Assembly: GCF_001194135.2 (NCBI RefSeq)
Contig: NC_068986.1
Location: 51,440,297 to 51,504,296, forward strand
Length of the DNA stretch: 64,000 bases
Origin: Octopus bimaculoides
Taxonomy: Eukaryota
Direction of reading: 5' to 3'
A model generated the notes under the pieces. It was not told where the DNA came from, made no database searches, and saw only the letters and a list, made by a program, of their open reading frames with translations. Numbering within the stretch: the first letter of the stretch is position 1; every line of letters begins with the position of its first letter. Shown here piece after piece: positions 13,888 through 27,089 of this stretch. The position numbers and the translations under genes are program-made.

Positions 13888-15899
13888 GTAATATATCATG
13901 ATATATTTATTAATATTAGCAGAAGCAACAGAGTAACTCAAGGGCACATGTATGCATATGCATGTGTATGTGTGTGTGTGTGTGTGTGTGTATCATTGTG
14001 TCTCCTTGTCTTGACATCGTGTGATAGTTGTAATTGAGTGTCATTGTCATATAAGCAGTGTCTTTTATTTCCAAAAAACATGCCTGAGCTTGTGGGGAAA
14101 CATTATCTTACTTGGAAACAAGTTAGGGTTGTCAACAGGAAGGGTATCTGGCCATAGAAAGTCTTTGCTCAATAAATTCTATCTGACTAATGCCAGCATG
14201 GAAAGGTGGATATTAAGACAACGATGATCTAAAACTAATCATGTAAATCAATATATTTATTAATTTTAAATTAACAATTTAGTTGAAAAGAATACATTAA
14301 ATTTAAATTTACAACTTAAATATTAACCAGACAAAACTTTGTCAGCGTGAAAGACGAACTTAAAACTGACAATAAATTGAATTTGCATGCATATTTATTC
14401 AATAGCAAAAATGGCAACATTTATTAAAAATTCTTCTTCTCCACATCATCATCATTTAACATTTGTTTTCTATGCTGGTATAAGCTGGATGGTTTGACAG
14501 GTGCTGGTAAGCCAAGGGACTGTACCAAGCCCTGCTGTCTACTTTGGCATGGTTTCTGCAGCAGGATGCCCTTCCTAATGCCACCACTTTAACAAAGTGT
14601 AGTAGGTGCTTTTTTTGGTCTAGCTTGCAGAAAATAGGAGATAAATAAAATTTCGAAAATCTAGTAGTAGTAGTAGCAGTGGTGATGGTGCCATCAGGAG
14701 TAATAACAGCACTTGAATTTGAACACTTGACTATCCTCACAAATACTGAAACAAGATGTTCTAAATATCAAGGTAAACTTGAATACAATTTTCAGAAATC
14801 GGTGTCATAGACTCAATTGACAATATATAGCATCACTAATAATAGAATACAAGATAGTAAGGCGTAAAAAAATCTCCAAAAAACAAAGAATAAGCTCATG
14901 CTAATATATTCTTTTAAGTATGGAGATATAAACTGAAAACAAGATGAAACAAGATTGATGTTACCAAAATTAGTTTTCATTTTCAGTAATCAAAGACTAA
15001 ATATATGCTAAAACAAATAGAAGAAAAGAAAAAGCAAAACATATTTGCACCAAATGTTATGGTTTCCTTTTGTTTAACAGTGGTTTCAAAGTTTGGTGCA
15101 AGACCAATTTCAGGGAGTGAGGGAGGGGGTAAAATCGATTACTTCAACCCCTGTACTCAACTGGTACTTATTTCATTGACCCTGAAAGGATGAATGGCAA
15201 AGTTGACCTTGGCAGAATTTGAACTCAGAATGTAAAGAAGGACAAAATGCTGCTAAGCATTTTTCTCACAATACCAATGATTTTGCCTGCCTGATCACTG
15301 CTTTACCTTTTGTTCAATATTAAAAGGAAAAGACAAAGTTTGATTGCACAACTATGCACATAATCTAGATGCTTTTGGCAATGAAGCTCTGAGATATTTA
15401 GCAAAAATACAGTATAATGACATGTATCATTTGATGATAATTAATCTGACTCATGGATAAGTTTTATTTATATAGTTTTTGATGTTGTTGTTTTCTTTTT
15501 CAATAGTAATAGTTGTCATCATTTTCCACCTCAGTTTGATTTATAAACCAAGTTAAGACTCAAATGAAGCATGTTATCCTTCACTCAAGCTGTTAAAACA
15601 TTTATTTTAATTACATTGCATTATCTTAATTCTTTTAATTTATTATGTTTTAGCATTTTCAATTAGTTTAAACCATATGATTACAGTCATGCAAGAGCGC
15701 GTGTTATTTCAGGTGTTACGCAGTTAGTTTAGCTGCTTGGTATGCTAACAGATGTAAACCAGCTACAAAACGGGTGGTATCTAAGATATTGGACATGAAA
15801 TAAATATCAGCAAAATCACCATCAGATTTCAGATATTAAAAATTAAACATAATATGATACAATTTCAAATGAAAATACTAAGATCTAAATCATTGCCCA

Positions 15900-16440
15900 T
15901 CTTGTTTGAGGCACACGGAGAAGTTTAAATATCTTGGGGGCTATATTCATAAGTTTTGTGTGGCAGGAAGCTCAATTAGATGCTAAACTTGTGGTGCTGA
16001 CACAGTACTGTGCCAACTTCAACATCCAATTCTTAGAAGAGGTAAGAGAGAGGTTGGTGACGAAAGCAGTTTCATGTTTATCCTCATGAATATTGGGTAT
16101 TGATTAAAGGAGTATAGTCATGAGATTCTCTTAGAGTGAATAGCTCAGAGAGTTTCTTCAGGTTAAGCCACTACTTCTATGCATTGAGAGGTCACAGCTC
16201 TAGTATTACGACACGTGACCAGAATGTTGCAAGAAAGAATCACAAGAAGATTTCTTCAAGCCAAGTCAACTAACAAGAGACCTAGGGTAGACCACAAATA
16301 ACATGGTTGGATAATATTCATAGTCTCTGTTGGTTAAACTTGGGAATCTAGCTGATTCTGATAGGACCTATGGAAGAAGTGCTGAGAACTCTACTCTCAT
16401 GGCTCTCCCTGGAATGGTGGGTAGAGAAAACTAATAGATG
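15900..16440 (+). mobile_element. Decayed RTE-like LINE 3' fragment
   Basis: The peptide remnant RHVTRMLQERITRRFLQAKSTNKRPR resembles the RTE C-terminal HV.RM...R..R..L.....KRPRG motif. It contains many stops. Confidence 0.7.
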
Positions 16441-19214
16441 GATAACTTGGAATTGTTAAAATGTTATCAACATAGTTGTACTGCACCAGAATAACATTTC
16501 ATCATCATCATTTAATGTCAGTTGTCCATGCTGGATGGTTTGACCAGGACTGGTAAGCTGAGGAGCTGTACCAGACTCCAGTCTGATTTGGCATGGTTTC
16601 TACAGCTGGATGCCCTTCCTAACACCAACCACTCCAAGAATGTAATGAGTGCTTCTTACGTGTCGCTGGTATGGGTGCCAATTGATAAATTTTTTCTATT
16701 TCTGCTGTTATCTCAGGAAAATATTTTATCCTGCTAATGATTAAAAATATTAAAGTATAATGTCACAAAGAAAATATTGTGCCTTCAATTTCTATAGTTT
16801 AGACTGTCTAATCCTTTAGCATTTAAACCTGCCATATCTGACCAAAATATTTTACCTATTTTATGTTCAAATTGGCCAGATCTGGCTTCTAACACCAACC
16901 CTATGATATTATTCTAAAAATTAGCAGTTACCTCATCAAAATCTTAAAACTAAGATATAATGCATGATTAGTTCATAATAATGTGAATAAATAAGTATTA
17001 CTCTAGACAGAACAATCTGAAAGCTAAAGGGTTAAAGCGTTTCCTATATATAGTATTCTTTTGATACATTTTCAACAGAATGAATAACTTAATAACAAAA
17101 TGAATAACTCAAATAAAAATGGACCAGTAGATTATCATGAACAATTCTATGTGATTCAGTAGCTCTTTCATTTTGTGACATAAACATAAAAATAATTTCA
17201 GAGTTGTGCTTGTCTTGCAAGTAACTTGATCTGAAACCAGGTGTCAAATCATGGAATAATGATGCCATTTACTAACACATAAGGCTGTTGAATTCACTTC
17301 AAATTTATCTATTCAATTATTTTCCTTGCACAACTGTGACCTGGTCACTGGTAAAGTTCCAGCGTTGATAGTGGAACTGTGTTAGTGATGACATAACAAT
17401 TAAGCGATGAAAAGTTTGATACCTCATGAAATAAATTTAAAGGAAATTTAATAGCTTTGTGTTATCAAGTGGTTCTTCCACAACGTAGTTGATAAAAATA
17501 ATAGGTAAGAGCTTCCAAGGTAGATGAGAAATCAAGCGGCTGACAAAAAATACAGTTTTCAAAGATGCTCTCTTCTAAGACCGCAGTTTCAGTATTATCT
17601 AAATGGAACTTACACCATTTCAAAAATCAAATGTTTCAAGAAAAATGCAATCTAAAAGAAACTATGGTTCCTTATAAACTTCTAACCATTTTGTAGTTAG
17701 TTTATCTGAATAACTGAAATTTCCAAGAGCTAGTAATATACTATTTCCTGTCTTAAAAGCCACTGAAGTGAAAGTGTATGACCTAATGGTTAGGGTGTTG
17801 CATTCAAAATAGCAAGGTCGTGGTTTCAATTCCCAGACTGGGTGGTGTGTTTTGTTTGGAGAAAAACATTTCATGTTGCTGCAATCCACTCTGCTCTTAA
17901 TGAGTAACCCTGTGAAACACTGGAATCCCATTCAAGGTCAATATTGTGATTGTGCTCACTTATATGTAGTGGAAACCAAGTAGCAGGTTTCTATGAGTCC
18001 TAGGACTTGAGTCAGCAATGTCCAGGGACTGATGATGATGATTTCAATGATGATGACAATGTTCATAATGATGATGTCTATGACGATGATGATGATTGAG
18101 AACAATTATACACGAACAACCTGATACTGTCGTAAAATAGAACAACAGTAAGTGTAACAGTATAAACGCATTTTAAAGGACTGACATGAGTCATGGTGTG
18201 TATGTAACAAGCATGAAATATTAAGTTACATTAAGTTTAAAAAAATATTCATAAACCTTTTAGATGAAAGAAACTATTTAATCATATTTCATTAAGTTAA
18301 ACCTAAATTTGTGCATGTGTATGTGTGTGTGTGAGAGAGAGTGTATCATACCTGGATATCAAAGTAAAACAATTATTTCTAACACAGTAAAATAAACTGA
18401 TAAACCAAGTTAATAAAATACTTGCTAGACATAAAAAAAAAGATGCAGTTTCAAATATCAACATCATTAATGAGAGGAGATAGCTATGCTTTTATATGGG
18501 AACGATAGTTAGGTTTAGTGAAGAAGATAACTAGAATCATAAGAGGGGTGAGTAATCAATTAAAATATAAATACAAGTAAATAAAATATTACATGAAACA
18601 GAATATAATTGATTTGCATACTGACTATACTATGTACACAGCAGAGTAGGCAAGGAGTGGTTGCTTAAAAGCTTTACTATCACTAAGATTATAGATTTAG
18701 ACACTCATATGTTATAGGGGTATCTTGCTGAAAGGGCTGGTATTAGATAACAGAACAGGAGGGAGTATTAGTAGAAATTAGAAGGGCACTCACAAGTCTA
18801 GCAAAAAAGAAAAAAAAAAAAAAAAANNNNNNNNNNAAAAAAAAAAAAAAAAAAAAAAAAAGCCAGGTGATGGTGTGGGCATAAAGAGCTCTCAAATGCA
18901 TACCATTAGCATTATATAAACATACATATATTGCTAGGTGCTGAAAAATTGCCTTCTATGTAGGGCCCACTTAAGCAAAACACACAGATAAAGCTAAGTC
19001 ACTTCAAATTAAGTAAGGAGCAATAAAGTTCTACATAATTTGTTCATTCATTTTATTATAAATGCTATATATATATTTTTTCAACCTGCTGGGCTAACGC
19101 ATTACTTCTCAATAGTGCAAGACGCTTGGAACACATGAAAACGGTGGAGGCTTCATTCCTAAAAATCTACAAGACTGGTGACTGGTGACTGCTTTTGTGA
19201 CAGTTATGACTGAC

Positions 19215-19385
19215 CTGACATACGTTGTCGTATGGGTTCATTGCTTGCAGATGTAGAACTGCCAAAATCCTGTCTTTCAATAAGAGGAATCATATTTGAG
19301 TAGGGTGTCCCAGAATGTACCGAGACATTTGTCTCATCCAGAAAACAGCTGACATCACATTCTTCAAAATAGCGTGATATAGAAC
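19215..19385 (-). CDS. NCX: Paralogous cassette exon 1 (171 nt, phase 1 to 1): GSISRYFEECDVSCFLDETNVSVHSGTPYSNMIPLIERQDFGSSTSASNEPIRQRMS
   Basis: gctatttttag|GT ... TCAG|gtcagt. It lies within ORF 19204..19398 and aligns with the exons at 7903-8094 and 3806-3985. Confidence 0.8.
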
Positions 19386-20494
19386 CTAAAAATAGCATGC
19401 AATAGCTGAAATAGGGAGGGAAAATAAGAATGGTAACATAGGCACAAGACCATAATTTTGTGGGAAGAGAAGTATGATTGGCAATATTGAACCCAAAACT
19501 CGAGTGGTACTTACTTTATAATAGAATAAAGGAGAAATGTATATTGATATCTACATCATACAGTGATGTAACTTTACACAATTTCTGAAGCTTGATGAAT
19601 TTAAATATCATAAGACCTTAAAAGCTAATGAAGACACTTCTTTGTGCTTCATCAAATATGTAGGAGAAACATGACCATGGAATAGTGGATAGGGTGTTGC
19701 ACTCATAATCATGAGACCATGAGTTTGATTCCCAGACAGACTGGGTGGTGCATTGTATTCTTCAGCATTGTATTCTTCAACTCATGCTACTCTGTAATTA
19801 CTTCAACATCTGACATGTGGCACACTGTGAACCTGTACGGGCAATGTAGATTTCATGCAGGGAGTGAACCTATGTGTATCTGTGAATATCTATGGTTGTT
19901 TGGCAAGAAACTGCAGAACCAACTTCCTTTGATCAAGAGACAATCATTAGGAAAAAATATTACAAATTTATAAAGAAGAGAAAAATGTGACTGTAATATT
20001 ATACTTTTTCCTAAGGGCATGAATAAACATATACAGAACGGAATTATTCAAGCTGGAAGAGAAATTCTATAATGGACTTAGTTTGCTGAGAGCAAACCTT
20101 ACCTTTATAATATATCCTTAGATAATATAGACATGAATACATCCGTACAATTACTATATTATGATTGCAATAATATTATAAATGATTAAAACTGTATTAT
20201 GAATTATTAATATAATGTTATGAACGATTGTAATAAAATGACTAGTCACATATTAATATTTGTTTAAGCTGGTTAATAAAGAAGGTTAATACATTAAATA
20301 CATCAGAATATTTAGTGAACAAACCTGAATTGAGCAAATATATACACCATAAACAAGAGTAAATAGATTTCTATAATTAACACTTATAAATACTGAAGCT
20401 TTATAATGTCTTACAATTATAACTACAACAAAGCAATAAAAAGTTCCTGTTCTCACAAAAATATGAATTTAAGTAGACTCACTTCTCTCTATCT

Positions 20495-20542
<48 letters not shown>

Positions 20543-22213
20543 AACAATGGTTGTTTTCAAGTGTTACTATTTTTCAGAAGTTTTATTTTTTTTCCATATT
20601 ATTGTACAAGTTCCATCCAGTATACTTTGAATGGTGAAGTTCCAAAATCCATTATCAACATTTCTAATTCCTTCGTGGTCTCCTCTTCAGGATGAAGTAA
20701 TGTTGGTACATGTTACCAATGTGATTAGTGCAGACATTACAAGTGGAATTTGAATTTATACTCCCATTCATCAAGGTATTAATCTAGTAATTCCTGCTCA
20801 TACATGAGCGGGTTAAAGTCAACCTTGACAACATTTGAACCTTGAATTTAAGGAGCTATATTTTTGAACTTCATAACTTGGCTCTTCTGCTGCGCAACAG
20901 ATTTTGCCAGTCTACTACTCTAATTGTACTGTAACCATGTTGGATTAAAAGTTATAAGTGACAAGCAACTGATTATCTTGTAGCTACGAATTGAAGTCTT
21001 GCCAAAGTCACATTCCTGAACAGTTCATAGAATAAGAGCCAGTTTTAGATAGGAACAACTGATAACAAAAGTACAGATGTGCTACGATAGGCACAGGAGT
21101 GGCTGTGTGGTAAAAAGCTTGCTTCCCAACCACATGGTTCCGGGTTCAGTCCTACTGTATGACACCTTGTGCAAGTGTCTTCTACTATAACCCTGGGCTA
21201 ACCAAAGCAATATCAGTGGATGTGGTAGACAGAAACTGAAAGAAGCCCATTGTGTATATGTATATATCTAGGCGTGTGTGCTTTTGTGTCTGTTTTGTAT
21301 CCCCATCACTGCATGACAACCAGTGTTGGTGCGTCTACGTCCCCTTAACTTACTGGTTCAGCAAAAGTGACTGATAAAATAAATACTAGGCTTTAAAAAA
21401 TAAAGTCCTGGGTCAATTTGTTTGACTAAAACACTTCAATGCAGTGCTCCAGCATGGCTGCAGTCAAATGATTGAAACAAGTAAAAGAATAAAAGAATAA
21501 GTAAACTATATCTAAGGTCAATTTTGCCACCTAAAAGCTCCAATTAGATATCAGTGGTCAGTTACAGCTAACCACTGATATTTGACAGGAAATAACAGAA
21601 ACTGATCAAACAAGAAATAACACCCAGTGTGCATCCATGTCAGGTCAAGAGTAATTTAATCACAGGCTGATAGAAACCTGCTACTGGCAACCATGTATCT
21701 CACACCCTGTCACTTATGATGAAGGCTCCAGTTGATCTGACCAATGGAACAGCTTGCTTGTGAGATTAATGTGCAAGTGGCTGAGCACACTACAGACACC
21801 CATACTTCTCAGGGAGATTCAGCATGACACAGTGTGTGGCAAGTCTGGCCCCTTGAAATACAGGTATTACTCATTTTTTGCCAGCTGAGTGGACTGGAGC
21901 ACCTGAAATAAAGTGTCTTGCACAAGGACACAATGCGCCACCAGAAATCAAACTCGTGACCTTATGATCGTGAGCTGAATACCCTAATGACTAAACCACG
22001 TGCCTTCACAAGCCACACGCAACCATGTACTCCCACACTATTGGTTTTTTGTGGTGCAGTGGTCAGAGACTAAACCAGCCCCCTATTGAACTTGCCCAGT
22101 GAGGAACAAGGATAGACACTCAGCAGGATTAAGAAATAAAACCTGTGGAAAGAAAATGAATGTTTTGAGAACCAACAACGTCCATATTCTAGAGAGGAGA
22201 TGGGTGCTACTAG

Positions 22214-22570
22214 GACAGAGGCTCTCAACCATTTTTCATCTATGGACCCCTTTTGATCACTATTTTAATCTGATGGATCTCCCGTAGCCATTCAATGTTT
22301 AAAAACTAGTTTTATAGAAACACTTCTTTCAAAATTCCTAATTTGTTTTTTACCCATTCATTTGTGTAAGTTGAACTATGTAAAATGTTGGAGAAAGAAA
22401 CTTGGCTGTTTCTTGCAATACATACCAATACATACATCTAAAGCAAAATTTTTTCAGGGGCCCTTAAAATATTATCATGGATCCAGGATTTACTATTTTG
22501 TTGCAAGGACCTCCAAAAATCTTATATAGACCTTCAGGGGCCATATGGACCCCAGTTGAGAACCACTGTA
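22214..22570. mobile_element. hAT-like MITE
   Basis: Termini cagaggctctcaacc ... gttgagaaccactg, i.e. a CAGTGGTTCTCAAC-type TIR. Confidence 0.65.
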
Positions 22571-24493
22571 CAAAACCCAAAGCAGAATCTGAATGGAAAG
22601 TTACACCAACATTTTATTCTATACCAAGGAGGCAAGCAGGCAGAATCGTTACTTAGTAGCATTTCGTCTGTCTTTATGTTCTGAGTTCCAATCCCACTGA
22701 GGTCGACTTTGTCTTTCAATCTTTTAGAGTTGATAAAATAAGTATCAGATGAGAACTGGGGGTCGATGTAAATGACTTACTCCGTTTCCTGAAATTGTTG
22801 GCCTCATGCCAAAATTTGAAACCAATATTTAATTCTATACCAGGTTGGTTAAATGCATAAAAAAGCCCAGAATTGAATGGTGTAGAAAAGATGGGTAAAA
22901 AAAAAAAAAGAATTTTTAAACTGAAATTCAGGTACGTCAACAATGTTACATGAAAATAGAACAGAAATAGAGTGTATCAGACTGGCTAACAACAGAAAGC
23001 TTGGCAGTTAAAATCCTGTTATATCTACTGTACCATTTCTTTAACAAGACAGTCCACTTTAAAACAATCAAACACATTTAGATTTAACCCTTCTAGTTCT
23101 ATGGCACAAACACTTTCTATTTTAAGGTGATCTAAGTTAAAAACTTTCAATTAAACTCTCATGTTAATTTGTTTCAAACACCAGCTTAATAATGACAAAG
23201 CTATTTTATTAAAGTAATCATAGCAAAGAAGACACAAGTTAGCCATTCAGTAACACACAAACAAATGTTTCTGAATGTCTAATTTTGTACCTTCCATACT
23301 GTAATCACCTTAGTTTCAACACATGTTGTCAGATTAAAACACTTGCTATAGAAGTACATCTCCATATTTTACTATACTCTTCCTTATTTTTTAAAATGAA
23401 TTGAAAGAAAATAGTGTATTGCGACAAAAATAAGGTAACAAAAGAGTTAAGGGTGTTATATGTAACAGCAAGGTAAAACTGATGGAAGTCTCATTAACTT
23501 GCAGTATAGAGTTCCTCTCAACCTATGGGTCTTGAGAAAGCAATGTGAAACTCCTACCATCTATTTCTCCTCTGAATAACTAACTACACTGTTACTCAGT
23601 CACTTACCAATGAAATAACAAGACTAAATCATGATCACTTGACAAGAAAAGAGTTGCAGCAGAGCAATTTGACTAAGTGCTAAGCTATGAGCCAACAGAT
23701 CAATACATTGCTTCTTAACAATGCAACAAAATTCTTTGTAAACTCACTTAACAGGAAATCTTCTAGTAGCTGTATTGGCAACTATAGTTTGCTGTACATA
23801 GATTGAATTTAATACAATTGATCCGAATTTCATTAAATTACATTTCTGAAAGCAAATCTTGTTTGGGGCAGCAGACAATAAGAAGACACTTTGTAATATC
23901 CTCTTTTAAATTTACATAGGCAATCATCAAAGTATTTTTTGATGGTACAAAAAGACATGGGTTGTGAACTATAACATTTTATTCTTTACTGTTACTAGTA
24001 ATGAGTCTCATAACTGATTAGATTATAGGGGGACCTTTAGACTTCATCATCATCATTTAATGTTTATTTTCTGTGCTGGCATGGGTTGGACAGTTTGGTT
24101 GGAGCTTGTGAGGCCAGGGGCTGCACCAGGCTCCATTGTCTGTTCTCGCATGGTTTCCACAGCTGGGATGCCCTGCCTAATACTAACCGCTCCATAGAGT
24201 GTACTGGTATTAATTCTACTGTGGCAGATTGGCCTTCTTGAGCACAGCAATATATCAGATATTTCAGTCCTTAGTCATCCCCCTCAATGTCTTGGGATTG
24301 GCCTTCAATAATTTCTGGTCTCCCTCTTCCATAAGTTCCATCCACTTCAAATAATTAGCACTTCCGTATGCAACTATCTACATCCATACACATCACATAA
24401 CCAAACCAGCTTAGTTCTTCTCTCTTGTATACTGTATCTAATTCCTCTTATGCTCAACTTTTCCCTCAAAACACTAGCACTCTGGTGCACATG

Positions 24494-24714
24494 TACGAAG
24501 GTATGCTGAAAAGTTCCTGGCTTTAAGGGTATCCTAAAATGCCTGGTTGGAGGCCCAACCTTCAGAGTTCTTTTACAGGGCTTAGAAAAACTAAAGGATC
24601 ACTGCAATAAAAATGTGAATCTGAAATGGGAATATGTTGAATAAAATCATGATTAACTGATCCTTCTGTATTTTCTTTTACCCACAGCCAAGAACTTTTC
24701 AGCACCTCCTTGTA
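24494..24714. mobile_element. Tc1/mariner-type MITE
   Basis: Imperfect ~29-bp TIRs (tacgaaggtatgctgaaaagttcctggct versus reverse complement tacaaggaggtgctgaaaagttcttggct) with TA ends. Confidence 0.8.
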
Positions 24715-25129
24715 CATTGATATTGCACACCCAGTGGAACATACTAGCATCATTTCCCTTGAAAAACAGATGAAGTTTTTGCCCATCATACCTAGTAGAT
24801 TATATGAGAAACAAGAGTAGCCAGCTATGTAGAATCTATAAAACACAAAGTAATAATCACAGAAAGAGCTAAACTCAACACTACAAGTTTACAAAATACT
24901 TGTTGATTACACAGGGCTGTGGCAACTGAGAGTAGTGAGTTGTTCCTTCCACATTGTGCCTATTTACAGCTAAGTGGACTAGGCAAACATAGCTTAGCAA
25001 TAGACACAACAATGAGAGCAACAAGTTTCAAAACACCAGCTTTTAGACTGGGTTAAGACAACATCATGTGAGAGATTGCAAAGGTTACTAGTACAATTTC
25101 TCTTCTCCCTTCAATAACTTTTAGTGATA

Positions 25130-26025
25130 GTAGTTTCTGATATGGAACACAAGGCCAGAAATTAAATAACCAAATGTACTTGACTAATACTTTATTCTAT
25201 TGTCTTCAGAAAGATGAATGAGAAATGTGACTTTGGCTGGATTGAACTCAGAAAATAAAGAGCCAGAACAAATACAGCAATGTATTTTGTTTGATGTTCT
25301 AATGATTCTGTGAAACTACTACTGCTGCTACTACTACTACTACTAATAATAATAATTTCAAATTTTGGTTCACAGTCAGCAATTTTGGTGGAGGGGGCAA
25401 GTCAATTACATTGACCCTACTGCTCAACTGGTACCTATTTTATCAACCCTGAAACAATGAAAGCAAAGTCAACCTTGCCAGAATCTGAACTCAGAATGTA
25501 AAGATGGAGAAATGCAGCTAAGCATTTTACTTAGCATGCTAACGATTCTGCCAGCTTACTGCCTTGATGATACTAATAATAATAAACAATAATAACAATA
25601 ATAATAATAATAATAATAATAGTTTCAAATTTTGCTACAAGGGCAGTCATTTTGGAGGAGGGGATGAGTCAATTACGTTGACTCCAGTGTTTCGTTGGTA
25701 CTTAATTTATCGACACCGATATGGATGAAAGGTAAAAAGTTGACCTTGGTGGAATTTGAACTCAGAACGTAGCGGCAGATGAAATACTGCTAAGCATTTT
25801 GCCTGGTGTGCTAATGATTCTGTCACCTCACTGCCCTAAATAATAATAATAATAATAATAAAAAGAATAATCATCACTACTATCGGCACAAGGTCAGCAA
25901 TTTTGGGGGAGGGGTTAGTTGATTACATTCAACCTCAATGCTCAACTGGTATTTATTTTACTGACACCCCCTTCCTCATTGAAAAGGGGAAAGGTGAAGT
26001 TGATCTCCATGACCACTTAGATCCT
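25130..26025 (-). mobile_element. Head-to-tail stack of four ~210-bp SINE copies (family S2) joined through (AAT)n tails
   Basis: The core ...aaaggcaaagtcgacct..gaatttgaactcagaa... recurs four times, and the last copy is truncated. Other copies at about 2260-2650 (two), 4805-5000, 15080-15295, 32915-33365 (two), 47635-47750, 60025-60230 and an inverted copy at 22640-22820. Confidence 0.85.
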
Positions 26026-26506
26026 GGAAGTGAGTCAGGAACTGAAGTAATGTCTAGTTTGAACTTTTGAGGAACAACTGCTGAGGGGAAAATATATGCA
26101 AGGCAGAGGTTCTAGACTAGGTGCCATTTTAGAGAGGAAGATGCTTTAATGCAGGAAACTAAGCTATTTGAGGTGACCAATGTATTTACAACTGAGGAAA
26201 GCAAAATACTGTCTATTATAAGAACAAGTAGATTTGCAATACTTAATGATAGAATTTTAAAAGTAGGATGCATTATTTTAAGGATTCTGATATCGTAAAA
26301 CCTTGACTCCAGCTATGTTTGCAAATAAACCTATAACTTAAAACCTTTTAAAATGTAGAAAATTACAACAAAACAATACGCATAAAATATTTTGAATCAG
26401 ATGTCTATTAAAGCAAAGAGAATGTATTAAATTTAACTAACCGTAATCAGATAAAAACAAACAAACCAAAGTATCTGTTTTTACCATTCATATATATAAT
26501 ATATAT

Positions 26507-26830
26507 NNNNNNNNNNNNNNNNNNNNNNNNNNNNNNNNNNNNNNNNNNNNNNNNNNNNNNNNNNNNNNNNNNNNNNNNNNNNNNNNNNNNNNNNNNNNNN
26601 NNNNNNNNNNNNNNNNNNNNNNNNNNNNNNNNNNNNNNNNNNNNNNNNNNNNNNNNNNNNNNNNNNNNNNNNNNNNNNNNNNNNNNNNNNNNNNNNNNNN
26701 NNNNNNNNNNNNNNNNNNNNNNNNNNNNNNNNNNNNNNNNNNNNNNNNNNNNNNNNNNNNNNNNNNNNNNNNNNNNNNNNNNNNNNNNNNNNNNNNNNNN
26801 NNNNNNNNNNNNNNNNNNNNNNNNNNNNNN
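26507..26830. other. Assembly gap (N). Other gaps at 18827-18836, 40036-40317, 46982-46991 and 60846-61414
   Basis: Runs of n, mostly adjacent to (TA)n or poly-A tracts. Confidence 0.99.
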
Positions 26831-27040
26831 CAAATAGATATTATTAAAAAAAAAATCCAAAGTAAAATAAAAATTAACCCTTTTCAATTATCTATGCAAG
26901 ATTTACTTTGAAAATATATAGATAAGGTAAACAAATGTTTGGAAGTATAACAGAAAAAAAAAAAGAGCCATAAACTGTTCATGTTTTCAAAGCAAAAGCA
27001 TCTAGCATTTGGTGCATAGATATGTGAGGTGCTGCACTAC

Positions 27041-27089
<49 letters not shown>

